Of a stretch of DNA of 64,000 nt, positions 20,405 through 30,417 are shown one piece after another. The notes beneath the pieces are model-generated. The model was not told where the DNA came from. It saw only the letters and a program-made list of their open reading frames with translations, and searched no databases. The stretch comes from an uncultured delta proteobacterium. GTDB taxonomy: Bacteria; Desulfobacterota; Binatia; UBA9968. Each line of letters begins with the position of its first letter. Within the stretch, counting starts at the first letter, position 1. Made by a program: the position numbers and the translations under genes. The DNA lies in assembly GCA_963840855.1 (NCBI GenBank), contig CAWJBB010000055.1:1-64000 (forward strand), written 5' to 3'.

Positions 20405-21430
20405 GTGAAAGAGGAAAACGAAAAAGTCACGAGCATTCTCAGCAAAGTTGAAAGCCGCCGCCTGGAGTTCAACGATCCGCGCTTGTTTCGCGATCTGCTC
20501 GGTCAGCACGACCAGCATGTCAAGATCATCCAGCATACTCTGCAAATTAAAATCCGCGTGCGCGGCTCGGCCGTCGAGATCGAAGGCGACCCGCTGCAAG
20601 TGGAGCTGGCGAGCCAAATCATCCGGCAACTTTATGGGCTGCTGGAAAAGGGTTATCCGGTTTACGCCAGCGACGTCGACTATGCCATCCGGATTTTGAG
20701 CGGCGATGGCCGCGCCCGGCTTCAGGATATATTCCTCGACACGATTTATATCTCCGCGCATAAGCGCACCATCACGCCGAAAAGTATCGCCCAGAAAGCC
20801 TATATCGACGCCATCCGCAAGCACGATATCGTATTCGGCATCGGACCGGCGGGAACCGGCAAGACCTATCTCGCCATGGCTATGGCGGTTGCGGAGTTGA
20901 TGAAGAATAACTGCGTGCGCATTGTTCTCACCCGCCCCGCGGTGGAGGCCGGGGAGAAGCTCGGCTTTTTGCCGGGCGATCTCGCCGAAAAAGTCAATCC
21001 ATATTTGCGCCCGCTCTACGATGCGCTCCACGACATGGTAGATTTCGATCGCGCGCGCAAACTCGTCGAACGCGGCACCATCGAAGTCGCACCCCTCGCC
21101 TTCATGCGAGGACGCACGTTGAACGATTCTTTTGTGATTCTCGACGAAGCGCAAAACACAACCCCGGAGCAGATGAAAATGTTCCTGACCCGCCTGGGTT
21201 ACGGTTCCAAGGCGGTGATCACCGGCGACGCAACTCAGATCGATCTACCGGCGGGCAAACCGTCGGGGCTCAAGGAAGCCTCGCGGATTCTGAAGGGCAT
21301 CCCCGGCATTCGCTTTGTGACCTTTACCGAAAAAGACGTGGCGCGCCATCACCTGGTGCAAGAGATCATCATGGCCTATGAACGGGATGAGGCGCCAGCC
21401 GGCGCCGCCGACCGCTTTGAAAAAACCTGA
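20405..21430 (+). CDS. PhoH family ATPase (PhoH-like/YbeZ)
   Basis: GPAGTGKTYLA, LTRPAVEAGEKLGFLPGD, LAFMRGRTL, ILDEAQN. Confidence 0.95.
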   Translation: MKEENEKVTSILSKVESRRLEFNDPRLFRDLLGQHDQHVKIIQHTLQIKIRVRGSAVEIEGDPLQVELASQIIRQLYGLLEKGYPVYASDVDYAIRILSGDGRARLQDIFLDTIYISAHKRTITPKSIAQKAYIDAIRKHDIVFGIGPAGTGKTYLAMAMAVAELMKNNCVRIVLTRPAVEAGEKLGFLPGDLAEKVNPYLRPLYDALHDMVDFDRARKLVERGTIEVAPLAFMRGRTLNDSFVILDEAQNTTPEQMKMFLTRLGYGSKAVITGDATQIDLPAGKPSGLKEASRILKGIPGIRFVTFTEKDVARHHLVQEIIMAYERDEAPAGAADRFEKT

Positions 21431-21653
21431 CAATCGTTTTCCCGAGAGCAGCAGCGGCAACGCTTTCTAGCTCCCAGCTCGAAGACCAGCCCCAAGTCAA
21501 ACCGTTTGCCGGAAACTCCAATTCTATAGTAATAAGTTACCGGCGCCGGGCGCCCATATTAGTTTTTAGTCTCGAGTCTAAACTCGAGTTACAGGCGAGA
21601 CTCTAGACCAAGACCTATGAGGCTTTTTCAGCATTCCGCCAGGGAGAGAGAGG

Positions 21654-23225
21654 ATGAAGGCCAACGACGCGGTTACACAGACACTTCCGTCGCCTATAAC
21701 ACTCGACCATTACAACGCGGCGGAAGATTTGTTAGAGCGCAATATCGCTGCCAGGCCCAACAAGACCGCCTATATAGACGAGCGTGGCAGCTATAGCTTT
21801 GCTGAGCTCGCCGAGCGTGTGAATCGCTCCGCTAATGCTCTCACCGGATTGGGGTTAGCACAGGAGGCCCGCGTCATGGTTTGTCTCCTCGACACCATCG
21901 ACTTTCCTGCGGTGTTTCTCGGCGCCGTCAAAGCCGGCCTGGTGCCGATCGCGGTCAACACCTTGCTCACCGCTGGCGATTTCGACTTCATGCTGCGCGA
22001 CAGCCGCGCCCAGGCGCTGATCGTGTCCGAAGCGCTGCTGCCGGTCTTCACACCGATCCTCGAGCGGCGGCCATTTCTTAAACATGTCGTCATATCAGGC
22101 GAAAAAGCGTCGGCTTATCCGTTATTGGAAAATCTGACGGCGCAAGCGGCAAGCGAGTTTGCCGCGGCGCCGACCCGTCCGGACGACGCCTGCTTCTGGT
22201 TGTATTCCTCGGGCTCCACCGGCACGCCTAAAGGCGTCGTTCATGTACAGACGAGCATGATCCGCACCGCCGAACTTTACGCTCAGCCGGTACTAGGAAT
22301 TCAAGAAAGCGATATCGTCTTCTCGGCGGCAAAACTGTTCTTCGCCTACGGCTTGGGCAACGCGCTCAGCTTTCCGCTCTCCATTGGCGCCACCACGGTT
22401 CTCTTCAGTGACCGTCCGACACCGGCGGCGGTTTGCCGTATTCTGCGCGAATACCGGCCGACGATCTTCTACGGTGTGCCGACGCTTTACAGCGCTTTGT
22501 TAGCCAGCTCTGAATTGCCCAAACGCGATGAGCTCAATCTGCGCCGTTGTACCTCTGCCGGCGAAGCGTTGCCACCGGACGTTGGACGTCGATGGCTCGA
22601 ACATACCGGCGTGGATATTCTTGACGGGCTTGGCTCCACCGAATTGCTGCATATCTTTCTTTCCAACAGACCCGATGACAATCGCTACGGGACCTCCGGG
22701 AAGCCCGTGCCGGGTTATGAAATCCGTCTGGTCGGCGAAGACGGCAGCCCCGTCGCCAAAGGCGAGATCGGCGAGCTCCAAGTCGCCGGTCCGACCAGCG
22801 CGGCTTTTTACTGGAACAATCGCGACAAGAGCCGCAACACTTTTTTGGGCCCATGGACCAAGAGCGGCGACAAGTACACCGAAAGCGACGACGGCTACTT
22901 CACTTATTGCGGCCGCGGCGACGATATGCTCAAAGTGAGCGGCATTTGGGTTTCGCCGTTCGAAGTCGAGTCGGCGCTGGCGTCGCACGAAGCGGTGCTC
23001 GAAGCCGCCGTGGTAGGTCAAGCCGATGAAAACGGTCTCATCAAACCGAAGGCTTTCGTCGTGCTCCGTCCCAATTCGCCGCAGACGCCGCAGCTCGCCG
23101 CCGCGCTCCAACAACATGTAAAGGGCCACCTTGCGCCCTACAAGTATCCGCGCTGGATCGAATTCGTCGCCGAGTTGCCCAAGACCGCCACCGGCAAGAT
23201 TCAACGTTTTAAACTGCGCATTTGA
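21654..23225 (+). CDS. Benzoate-CoA ligase family protein
   Basis: WLYSSGSTGTPKG, AAKLFFAYGLGN, LDGLGSTELLHIF, KVSGIWVSP, PKTATGKIQR. Confidence 0.93.
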   Translation: MKANDAVTQTLPSPITLDHYNAAEDLLERNIAARPNKTAYIDERGSYSFAELAERVNRSANALTGLGLAQEARVMVCLLDTIDFPAVFLGAVKAGLVPIAVNTLLTAGDFDFMLRDSRAQALIVSEALLPVFTPILERRPFLKHVVISGEKASAYPLLENLTAQAASEFAAAPTRPDDACFWLYSSGSTGTPKGVVHVQTSMIRTAELYAQPVLGIQESDIVFSAAKLFFAYGLGNALSFPLSIGATTVLFSDRPTPAAVCRILREYRPTIFYGVPTLYSALLASSELPKRDELNLRRCTSAGEALPPDVGRRWLEHTGVDILDGLGSTELLHIFLSNRPDDNRYGTSGKPVPGYEIRLVGEDGSPVAKGEIGELQVAGPTSAAFYWNNRDKSRNTFLGPWTKSGDKYTESDDGYFTYCGRGDDMLKVSGIWVSPFEVESALASHEAVLEAAVVGQADENGLIKPKAFVVLRPNSPQTPQLAAALQQHVKGHLAPYKYPRWIEFVAELPKTATGKIQRFKLRI

Positions 23226-23248
23226 AGCGCACTACTTATTTATATGGA

Positions 23249-23356
23249 GTTCAAAAGTAAGCAGCCCTAAAGGCGCTGACCGAGGAGTTCAAAGTTTGGG
23301 ATCGTGCTTACTCGGTTCATAAACGATCGAAATACGTTGAACATTGAACTTTGAAC
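23249..23356. repeat. Degenerate heptamer (GTTCAAN) repeat element
   Basis: GTTCAAA ... GTTCAAAGTTT ... GTTGAAC ATTGAAC TTTGAAC. Confidence 0.65.
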
Positions 23357-23384
23357 CAGAGTATTTCCATTGATGGAGGAAACC

Positions 23385-24575
23385 ATGAAATGCGCCCCTG
23401 ACGTTAACCGGCGGCGGTTTTTGACTCAATCCTGCCTGCTCGCCGCTAGCGTTCTGTTGCCTGAGTCCAGCGCCTTCGCACAAGCGCAAAGGCTGCGCGT
23501 CGGCCTGATGCTGCCGTACACCGGCACCTATGCCCAACTCGGCACCGCCATCACCAACGGCTTCAAGCTCGTGGTGAGCGAGCGCGGCGGTAAACTCGGC
23601 GGCCGCGAACTCGAATACTTTACCGTGGACGATGAATCCGACCCGGCAAAAGCGCCGGAGAATACCAACAAGCTGGTGCAGCGCGATAAAGTCCATGTGC
23701 TGGTCGGCTCAGTGCACAGCGGCGTGCAGATGGGCATGGTCAAGATCGCCAAAGAAACCAATACGCTTATGATCATTCCCAACGCGGGGCTGGACGCCGC
23801 CACCGGCGCCCTGTGCGCGCCGAATATTTTCCGCTCGTCTTTTTCCAACTGGCAGCCTTCCTATCCGATGGGCAAAGTGCTTGCCGACCGCGGCATCCGC
23901 AACGTTGTGTCCCTCGCCTGGAAGTATGGCGCCGGCGAAGAAGCAGTGGCTGGTTTCACCGAGGGATTTATCAAGGCCGGCGGTAAAACCGTGCGCGGCT
24001 TGTGGATACCGTTTCCGAACGTGGAATTCCAGGCGCTGCTTACCGAGATCGCTTCGATCAAGCCCGACGCCGTGTTCGTCTTTTTCGCCGGCGGCGGCGC
24101 TGCGAAGTTTATCAAGGATTACGCCGCGGCAGGGTTGCGCAAAACCATTCCACTGTTCGGCTCGGGATTTCTTACCGACGGCGTGCTCGATGCGGTCGAT
24201 AACGCCGCTGAAGGGCTCGAAACCACGCTGCATTACGCCGACGGGCTCGACAACAAACGGAATAAGGAGTTCCGCGCCGCATACATGAAAGCTTACAAGA
24301 TCGAGCCTGACGTCTACGCCGTGCAGGGCTACGACGCGGCGCTGCTCCTTGCCACTGGCCTCGACGCCGTCAAAGGCGACGTCGGCAGGCGCAACGAAAT
24401 GATCGGCGCTATGGAGAAAGCCAGGGTCGATAGTCCGCGCGGCACCTGGACGATGTCGAAAGCACACAACCCCATTCAGGATATCTATTTGCGCAAAGTC
24501 GTCGGCCGCGAAAACAAGTTCGTCGGCATCGCCCACAAGGCCCTCGCCGATCCGGCGCGGGGATGTAAAATGTAA
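23385..24575 (+). CDS. Liv-type ABC substrate-binding protein (aromatic acid/benzoate), Tat signal
   Basis: NRRRFL; GLMLPYTGTYA, VDDESDP, VHSGV, NIFRSSFSNWQ. Confidence 0.9.
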   Translation: MKCAPDVNRRRFLTQSCLLAASVLLPESSAFAQAQRLRVGLMLPYTGTYAQLGTAITNGFKLVVSERGGKLGGRELEYFTVDDESDPAKAPENTNKLVQRDKVHVLVGSVHSGVQMGMVKIAKETNTLMIIPNAGLDAATGALCAPNIFRSSFSNWQPSYPMGKVLADRGIRNVVSLAWKYGAGEEAVAGFTEGFIKAGGKTVRGLWIPFPNVEFQALLTEIASIKPDAVFVFFAGGGAAKFIKDYAAAGLRKTIPLFGSGFLTDGVLDAVDNAAEGLETTLHYADGLDNKRNKEFRAAYMKAYKIEPDVYAVQGYDAALLLATGLDAVKGDVGRRNEMIGAMEKARVDSPRGTWTMSKAHNPIQDIYLRKVVGRENKFVGIAHKALADPARGCKM

Positions 24576-24585
24576 GACAGGTCGT

Positions 24586-25040
24586 TCACCACGAAGGCGC
24601 GAAGAACACGAAGGAAAAGCGGTAGGGTGTGAAATTCGACGAATTGTCGAATCGAGTTATTGGCTGCGCAATCGAAGTTCACCGGCAGCTCGGGCCGGGA
24701 TTGTTAGAATCGGCCTACGAGCAGTGCCTGAGCTATGAACTCAATCAATCTCACCTACCGTTTCAAACGCAATGCGCGTTACCGGTGAAATACAAACAAA
24801 TTGAGTTGGACTGCGCTTATCGTATCGACATGCTTGTCGATAATCAGCTGATTGTAGAGCTAAAAAGCGTGGATCAATTGTTGAAGATTCATGAGGCCCA
24901 AGTTTTAACGTATATGAAGTTGGCGAAAGTAAATGTCGGACTCCTGATTAACTTTAACGTCGATCTTCTCAGGAAAGGCATCAAGAGATTAGTTCTTTGA
25001 TTCGAAATAACCCTTCGTGTCCTTCGTGCCTTCGTGGTGA
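24586..25040. mobile_element. Putative GxxExxY element bounded by 29-bp inverted repeats
   Basis: TCACCACGAAGGCGCGAAGAACACGAAGG (24586-24614) vs reverse complement of 25012-25040, 27/29 identical; lies between SBP and permease genes. Confidence 0.65.
24629..25000 (+). CDS. GxxExxY protein (PD-(D/E)XK nuclease-like)
   Basis: LGPGLLESAYE, YRIDMLVD, IVELKSV, HEAQVLTY, GLLINFN. Confidence 0.93.
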   Translation: MKFDELSNRVIGCAIEVHRQLGPGLLESAYEQCLSYELNQSHLPFQTQCALPVKYKQIELDCAYRIDMLVDNQLIVELKSVDQLLKIHEAQVLTYMKLAKVNVGLLINFNVDLLRKGIKRLVL

Positions 25041-25050
25041 GGCATTCATC

Positions 25051-25908
25051 ATGGTGCTTCTTATACAACTTTTGAACGCCGTACAGTATGGTTTATTGTT
25101 ATTTCTGCTGGCGAGCGGCTTGACCCTGATCTTCGGCATCATGGGCGTGATCAATCTCGCCCACGGCAGTTTCTATATGGTCGGCGCCTACCTCGCCTAC
25201 TGGCTCGCCAGGCACACCGGCAGCCTCTGGCTGGCGATTCCATTTGCAGTCGTCATCGCCTTCGGCATAGGTCTCCTGTTGGAGACGGCGATCTTCAGCC
25301 GCTTATACAAGCGCGACCATCTCTATCAAGTGTTGCTCACCTTCGGCCTGATCCTGGTCTTCGAAGAACTGCGTAGCATTCTATTCGGCGATGAAGTCCA
25401 TGGCGTGGCGATTCCGGCGCTGCTCACCTCTTCGATCCCACTCACTGACACCCTGTCGTATCCGGTTTACCGGCTCTTCGTCACCGCGGTGTGCCTGGCG
25501 ATCGCGGCCCTGCTGTATTTCGTGATCCACAAAACCCGCGTTGGCATGATGATCCGGGCCGGCAACAGCAACCGCGAGATGGCCGCTTCGCTCGGCGTGA
25601 ATATTCCCCTGCTGTTCGCCTTGGTCTTCGCATTCGGCATGGCCCTCGCCGCCTTCGCCGGCGCCGTCGCCGCGCCGATCTCGTCGGTATTTCCCGGCAT
25701 GGGAAACCAAATCTTGATCATCTGCTTCGTTGTCGTCGTGATCGGTGGCATAGGCTCGATCAACGGCGCCATGATCGCCTCCCTCGCCATCGGCCTCGCC
25801 GACACTCTCGGCAAGGTAGTCGCGGCGGAATACTCCAGCGTCGCGGTTTACCTGGTCATGGCGGCAATTCTCTTGTGGCGCCCACAAGGCATCGCCAACA
25901 AGGCGTAA
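25051..25908 (+). CDS. Branched-chain/aromatic ABC permease (LivH-like)
   Basis: GLTLIFGIMGVINLAHG, GMMIRAG, VVVVIGGIGS. Confidence 0.92.
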   Translation: MVLLIQLLNAVQYGLLLFLLASGLTLIFGIMGVINLAHGSFYMVGAYLAYWLARHTGSLWLAIPFAVVIAFGIGLLLETAIFSRLYKRDHLYQVLLTFGLILVFEELRSILFGDEVHGVAIPALLTSSIPLTDTLSYPVYRLFVTAVCLAIAALLYFVIHKTRVGMMIRAGNSNREMAASLGVNIPLLFALVFAFGMALAAFAGAVAAPISSVFPGMGNQILIICFVVVVIGGIGSINGAMIASLAIGLADTLGKVVAAEYSSVAVYLVMAAILLWRPQGIANKA

Positions 25909-25911
25909 CCG

Positions 25912-26919
25912 GTGAGCCCCATCATCTTGCCGCGTTCGCTATTGATCGCCGCCGTGCTGCTGCTCGCCCTGTTTCCCGTGTTTGGCGCGACTTTCTATAT
26001 ACAACTTGGCGCCAAGATCATGATCATGGCGATCTTCGCCCTGAGTCTCGACCTGTTGGTCGGCCACACCGGGCTGGTTAGCTTGGGACACGCCGCTTAC
26101 TTCGGCCTCGCCGCTTACGCGTTAGCGATAATCTCGCCCAGGTATGAAGCGGCCAATCTGTGGCTTACCCTGCCCGCGGCCATGGCTGGCGCCGCGCTGG
26201 CCGCCCTCGTCATCGGATTTCTCGTCGTCCGCACCGCCGGCATTTACTTCATCATGGTCACCTTGGCTTTCGCGCAGATGCTTTATTCCTTGTTTCATGA
26301 CACGAAACTCGGCGGCGGCTCCGACGGCATCTATATTCAGGTGCGCCCGGAATTGACTCTATGGGGTTTCAAGCCTCTCGATCTGGAAAACCCCGCGCAA
26401 TTTTATTACTTCGTGCTGATCATGCTGATCGCGGTCTATATATTTCTCAATCACGTGCTGCACGCGCCTTTGGGCCGCGCGCTGGCCGGTATCAGGGCCA
26501 ATGAACAGCGTATGCGTTCCATCGGTTTTCCGGTCTTCGCTTACAAGCTCGGCGCGTTCGTGCTCGCGGGCGCGCTGGCGGGGCTCGCCGGTTATCTCGC
26601 CGCTTGTCAGTTTGGCTTCGTCAATCCGGACATCATGGCCTGGCACCAGTCCGGCATCGTGCTCATGATGGTGATTCTCGGCGGTATGGGCCGGCTGCAT
26701 GGCCCGGTGCTCGGCGCCTTCGCTTACGTGCTTATTCAAGAACTTCTTTCCGCGCCAGCGTTGCTTGGCCCTTACGCCAAGCATTGGCAACTCGCCATGG
26801 GCGGTTTGATTGTTACGATCGTGCTGGTTTTACCGCATGGCATCGGCGGCTTCATTGACATCGCTTTGCGGCGTTACTCCTACCGCCGCGTCCAAACGAA
26901 CGGCGCCGCCGAATCATGA
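25912..26919 (+). CDS. Branched-chain/aromatic ABC permease (LivM-like)
   Basis: GHTGLVSLGHAAYFG, YFIMVTLAFAQ, GIRANEQR. Confidence 0.92.
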   Translation: MSPIILPRSLLIAAVLLLALFPVFGATFYIQLGAKIMIMAIFALSLDLLVGHTGLVSLGHAAYFGLAAYALAIISPRYEAANLWLTLPAAMAGAALAALVIGFLVVRTAGIYFIMVTLAFAQMLYSLFHDTKLGGGSDGIYIQVRPELTLWGFKPLDLENPAQFYYFVLIMLIAVYIFLNHVLHAPLGRALAGIRANEQRMRSIGFPVFAYKLGAFVLAGALAGLAGYLAACQFGFVNPDIMAWHQSGIVLMMVILGGMGRLHGPVLGAFAYVLIQELLSAPALLGPYAKHWQLAMGGLIVTIVLVLPHGIGGFIDIALRRYSYRRVQTNGAAES

Positions 26920-27674
26920 GCGACGCCCTCCTCCAAGCGCGCGGGTTGAGCAAGAGTTTCGGCGGACTTGCCGCCGTGGATAATTTGTCCCTCGAAGTCA
27001 GAGTGGGCGAACTACACGCGGTCATCGGCCCCAACGGCGCGGGCAAAACGACGCTGATCAACCTGCTTTCCGGTGAGCTGCCCGCCAGCTCCGGAGACAT
27101 CATCTTTGGCGGTAACCCTATTTCCCGGCTGGCGCCCGAGAAACGCGCGCGCTTGGGCATGGGTCGAAGTTATCAGAAGACGAATATTTTTCTTGGCTTC
27201 AGCGCGTTGGAAAATTGCCGGCTGGCGGCCCAATCGCGCGAGCCGCGGCCATTGAATTGGCTGCGTAACGCGCTCTCCTACGAAAGTGTCATGGCTCAGG
27301 CGCGGCGCGCCCTCGATGCCGTGGGCTTGGCGCACCGGGCGAGCGACGCAGCGCTGGCGCTCAGTCACGGCGAGCAGCGCCAGTTGGAAATCGCCATGTG
27401 CCTCGCCACCGAACCGCGCTTGTTACTGCTCGACGAACCGCTCGCCGGCATGGGCATGGAGGAATCATTGAAGATGGTGGAACTCATCCGCCGTCTCGGT
27501 GAAAGTCACGCCATCCTGCTGGTCGAGCACGACATGGATGCGGTCTTTCAGTTAGCCAAAGTGCTGACCGTAATGGTCGATGGCAAAAAACTTGCCTCCG
27601 GCGCCCCCGAGGAAATTCGCGCCAACCGAAACGTCCAGGTTGCATACCTCGGCAGCGATAACGAGTTGCGATGA
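26916..27674 (+). CDS. ABC ATPase (LivG-like)
   Basis: GPNGAGKTT, LSHGEQRQLE, LLLDEP, VEHDM. Confidence 0.93.
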   Translation: MSDALLQARGLSKSFGGLAAVDNLSLEVRVGELHAVIGPNGAGKTTLINLLSGELPASSGDIIFGGNPISRLAPEKRARLGMGRSYQKTNIFLGFSALENCRLAAQSREPRPLNWLRNALSYESVMAQARRALDAVGLAHRASDAALALSHGEQRQLEIAMCLATEPRLLLLDEPLAGMGMEESLKMVELIRRLGESHAILLVEHDMDAVFQLAKVLTVMVDGKKLASGAPEEIRANRNVQVAYLGSDNELR

Positions 27675-28387
27675 CCGACGAGCCGATCATCGAAGCGCGC
27701 GAGCTGCACACTTACTATGGCGCCAGCCATATTTTGCACGGCGTCGATTTCACCGTGCGCGCCGGCGAAGCCGTGGGGTTGATGGGGCGAAACGGCATGG
27801 GCAAGACGACGCTCATTCGATCGTTAATCGGCCATGTTCCATCACGCCGCGGTGAAATTAAGATCAACGGCCGGGTGATGACCCACGCCGCGCCGCATCA
27901 GATCGCGCGCCAAGGCATCGCCTACGTTCCCGAAGGCCGCGGCATTTTTCCCAATCTCACGGTAAAAGAAAACCTCGTCATGGCCGCCCGGCCAGGCGCT
28001 CACGGCAAACACGACTGGACCCTCGCACGCGTGCTGCAAACTTTTCCACGGCTGGCCGAGCGGCTGACCCATGGCGGCCAGCAACTTTCCGGCGGCGAGC
28101 AGCAGATGCTGTCGATTGGCCGTGCGCTGATGACCAATCCAACATTGTTGATACTCGACGAAGCCACGGAAGGTCTCGCGCCCATCATCGCCCAAGAAAT
28201 CTGGCGCATGGTCCGCACGATTCGCGAATCCGGCATCGCCGCGATCATCGTCGACAAAAACTTCGCCGCCGTCTCGGCGCACACCGACCGAAACGTCATT
28301 CTGGTCAAAGGCCGCATCGTGTTCGAAGGCACCGGCGATCAATTAAAAGCCCAACCGGAGTTGCTACGCCAGCATTTGGGGATCTGA
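27671..28387 (+). CDS. ABC ATPase (LivF-like)
   Basis: GRNGMGKTT, YVPEGR, LSGGEQQML, LDEATEGLAP. Confidence 0.93.
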   Translation: MTDEPIIEARELHTYYGASHILHGVDFTVRAGEAVGLMGRNGMGKTTLIRSLIGHVPSRRGEIKINGRVMTHAAPHQIARQGIAYVPEGRGIFPNLTVKENLVMAARPGAHGKHDWTLARVLQTFPRLAERLTHGGQQLSGGEQQMLSIGRALMTNPTLLILDEATEGLAPIIAQEIWRMVRTIRESGIAAIIVDKNFAAVSAHTDRNVILVKGRIVFEGTGDQLKAQPELLRQHLGI

Positions 28388-28622
28388 CCAAATCGCAAAT
28401 CATACTCCCGCCACCCGCGTTTGTCGGGTGAGAGATTGACAACGCGTAATCTCATGATGGATAGTGCGGCAGATTTGTTTTTCTCAGAATGGAAAAAGCA
28501 CAATACATTCCCGGAAGAGCCGGCATTAGACTTAAGCGCGAGGGGCTACACCGTATGCCGATGACTAATCTTCTAGTTCAATACGTTAGGCATTAGGCTA
28601 CAGCCCAAGAAGGAAGGATACC

Positions 28623-29162
28623 ATGTCCAAGACACCCAAGGTCACGGCCTTCTTGCTCACCCTCCTCGTCGCCGCCTGCGCAAGCCTGCAACCACCGACG
28701 TCTATGGTCAAGGTGCCGGATAAGCTCAAACCCGGCGCGAACGAATCGTTGACGATGATCGTTCCCGCAAAGGGCGTGCAGATCTACGAATGCCGTGCCA
28801 GAAAGGATCAAGTCGGGGCATATGAATGGGCGTTCGTAGCTCCCGAAGCTGATCTCTTCGACGCGCGTGGAAACAAGATCGGCCGACACTATGCTGGCCC
28901 ACATTGGGAATCGACCGACGGCAGCAAGATCTTGGGTACGGTGAAGGAACGTGCCGACGCGCCAGTGGCCGACGCCATCCCTTGGCTGCTGCTTGCCGCG
29001 AAGTCCGTCGGCTCGGAAGGCTCGTTCAGCAAGGTCACGAGCATACAGCGCGTAAGTACCGTGGGCGGCGTGGCGCCTAACGCCGGTTGTTCTCAAGCCG
29101 CGGCCGGGACGCCCGCTCGCATAAACTACACGGCGGACTATTACTTCTTCACCGCTAAGTAA
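28623..29162 (+). CDS. DUF3455 domain lipoprotein
   Basis: Lipobox VAAC; GVQIYEC, APEADL, GRHYAGPHW, AIPWLLL, IQRVSTVGG, YTADYYF. Confidence 0.88.
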   Translation: MSKTPKVTAFLLTLLVAACASLQPPTSMVKVPDKLKPGANESLTMIVPAKGVQIYECRARKDQVGAYEWAFVAPEADLFDARGNKIGRHYAGPHWESTDGSKILGTVKERADAPVADAIPWLLLAAKSVGSEGSFSKVTSIQRVSTVGGVAPNAGCSQAAAGTPARINYTADYYFFTAK

Positions 29163-29223
29163 TCTGGTGCGGTGCCCCGCTCTCGCGTCAGCGGTCGCGG
29201 CCGGCCGCGGCCAGCTCGATGAT

Positions 29224-29270
29224 GCCTAACATGGTAGAGCGGACCGGCCCCTCACCATAAGCGTTTAGGC
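29224..29270 (+). other. Short degenerate attC-like site
   Basis: GCCTAAC...GTTTAGGC ends with inner ATGGTAGAG/CTCACCAT pairing, between two cassette-like genes. Confidence 0.45.
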
Positions 29271-29336
29271 CGACGGCCGGTTTACCGAGCCGGAGGGTTT
29301 CTTTGACCGCGCCCGAAATGTTCAAGTGGAGGTGTT

Positions 29337-30395
29337 ATGCAATCACACATAGCTAGTATCGGCGTAGTGCTCGCTATTGTTGCCGGTCTTAGCGTGAACG
29401 GCGTGTTCGCGCAGCAGTCCCCGGTCAAAAGGAACTTCGAGGCGGAGATCCAGGCCGCCCTGCAGTCGGCCAAGACCGCAGCCGGGTTTGAGTTCCTCGG
29501 TACCTTGGTCCGGACATGCCTGTTGCCTCAGAGCGGCGGCGAAAACACCAGCGACAACGCGCCGGGCTATATCACGAACCCCGGCAGTGCGCCGGCGCGT
29601 GACACCTGGTACGCTGAACCCGCTAAGGTCTTTGACAATCTCTATTTCGTCGGCGGCAAGCTTCACTCGGCCTGGGCTTTGACGACAAAGGAAGGGATCA
29701 TCTTGATCGACACGATTTATCCCTACAACTCAGAGGAACTGATTATCGGCGGGATGCAGAAAGTCGGCCTCGATCCGAAGAACATCAAGTATGTTCTCAT
29801 CTCCCACGCTCATGGTGATCACATCGGGGGCGCCGAGATGCTGCAGACTCGGTACGGGGCCCGCGTTGTCATGGGCGGGCCCGATTGGGATCTGGTTGCG
29901 AAGTATCCGAACCGGTACAAAACAATGGCGCCGAAACGCGACATCGTCGCCACCGACGGCATGAAGATAACGCTCGGCGATACAACCGTGACCATCTGGC
30001 TCACCCCTGGCCATACGCCGGGCACGCTGTCCTACACTTTTACCGTGTTAGACCGTGGCAAGCCGGTCAACGTGGCGTATTCGGGCGGCACCGCTTTCAA
30101 TTTCGTGAACAACACGCCGGATCCGGGCGTCAAAAATTTCCAGACCTATATCGAGTCGCAGAAGCACATGGCGGCAAAAGCTGCCTCTACCGGTGCGACC
30201 GTCCTCCTTTCGAACCACTCGGAGTTCGACAATGCGTTCAACAAGAACAGAATGCTCGCCGGGCGCGGTGAAGGTCCGCATCCATATGAACTCGGGGCCG
30301 ATTGGGTCCAGCGCTATTTCCAGGTCATGCAGGGTTGCGCCCGGGCGGCGCAGCTGAGGCTGGAACAGAAACTGGTTGAAACAGCCATGCCGTAG
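29337..30395 (+). CDS. Exported MBL-fold metallo-hydrolase (subclass B3-like)
   Basis: Signal peptide; PAKVFDNLYFVG, HAHGDH, PGHTPG, SNH. Confidence 0.88.
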   Translation: MQSHIASIGVVLAIVAGLSVNGVFAQQSPVKRNFEAEIQAALQSAKTAAGFEFLGTLVRTCLLPQSGGENTSDNAPGYITNPGSAPARDTWYAEPAKVFDNLYFVGGKLHSAWALTTKEGIILIDTIYPYNSEELIIGGMQKVGLDPKNIKYVLISHAHGDHIGGAEMLQTRYGARVVMGGPDWDLVAKYPNRYKTMAPKRDIVATDGMKITLGDTTVTIWLTPGHTPGTLSYTFTVLDRGKPVNVAYSGGTAFNFVNNTPDPGVKNFQTYIESQKHMAAKAASTGATVLLSNHSEFDNAFNKNRMLAGRGEGPHPYELGADWVQRYFQVMQGCARAAQLRLEQKLVETAMP

Positions 30396-30417
30396 AGAGC
30401 TCGGGCGCCGCGCCATA

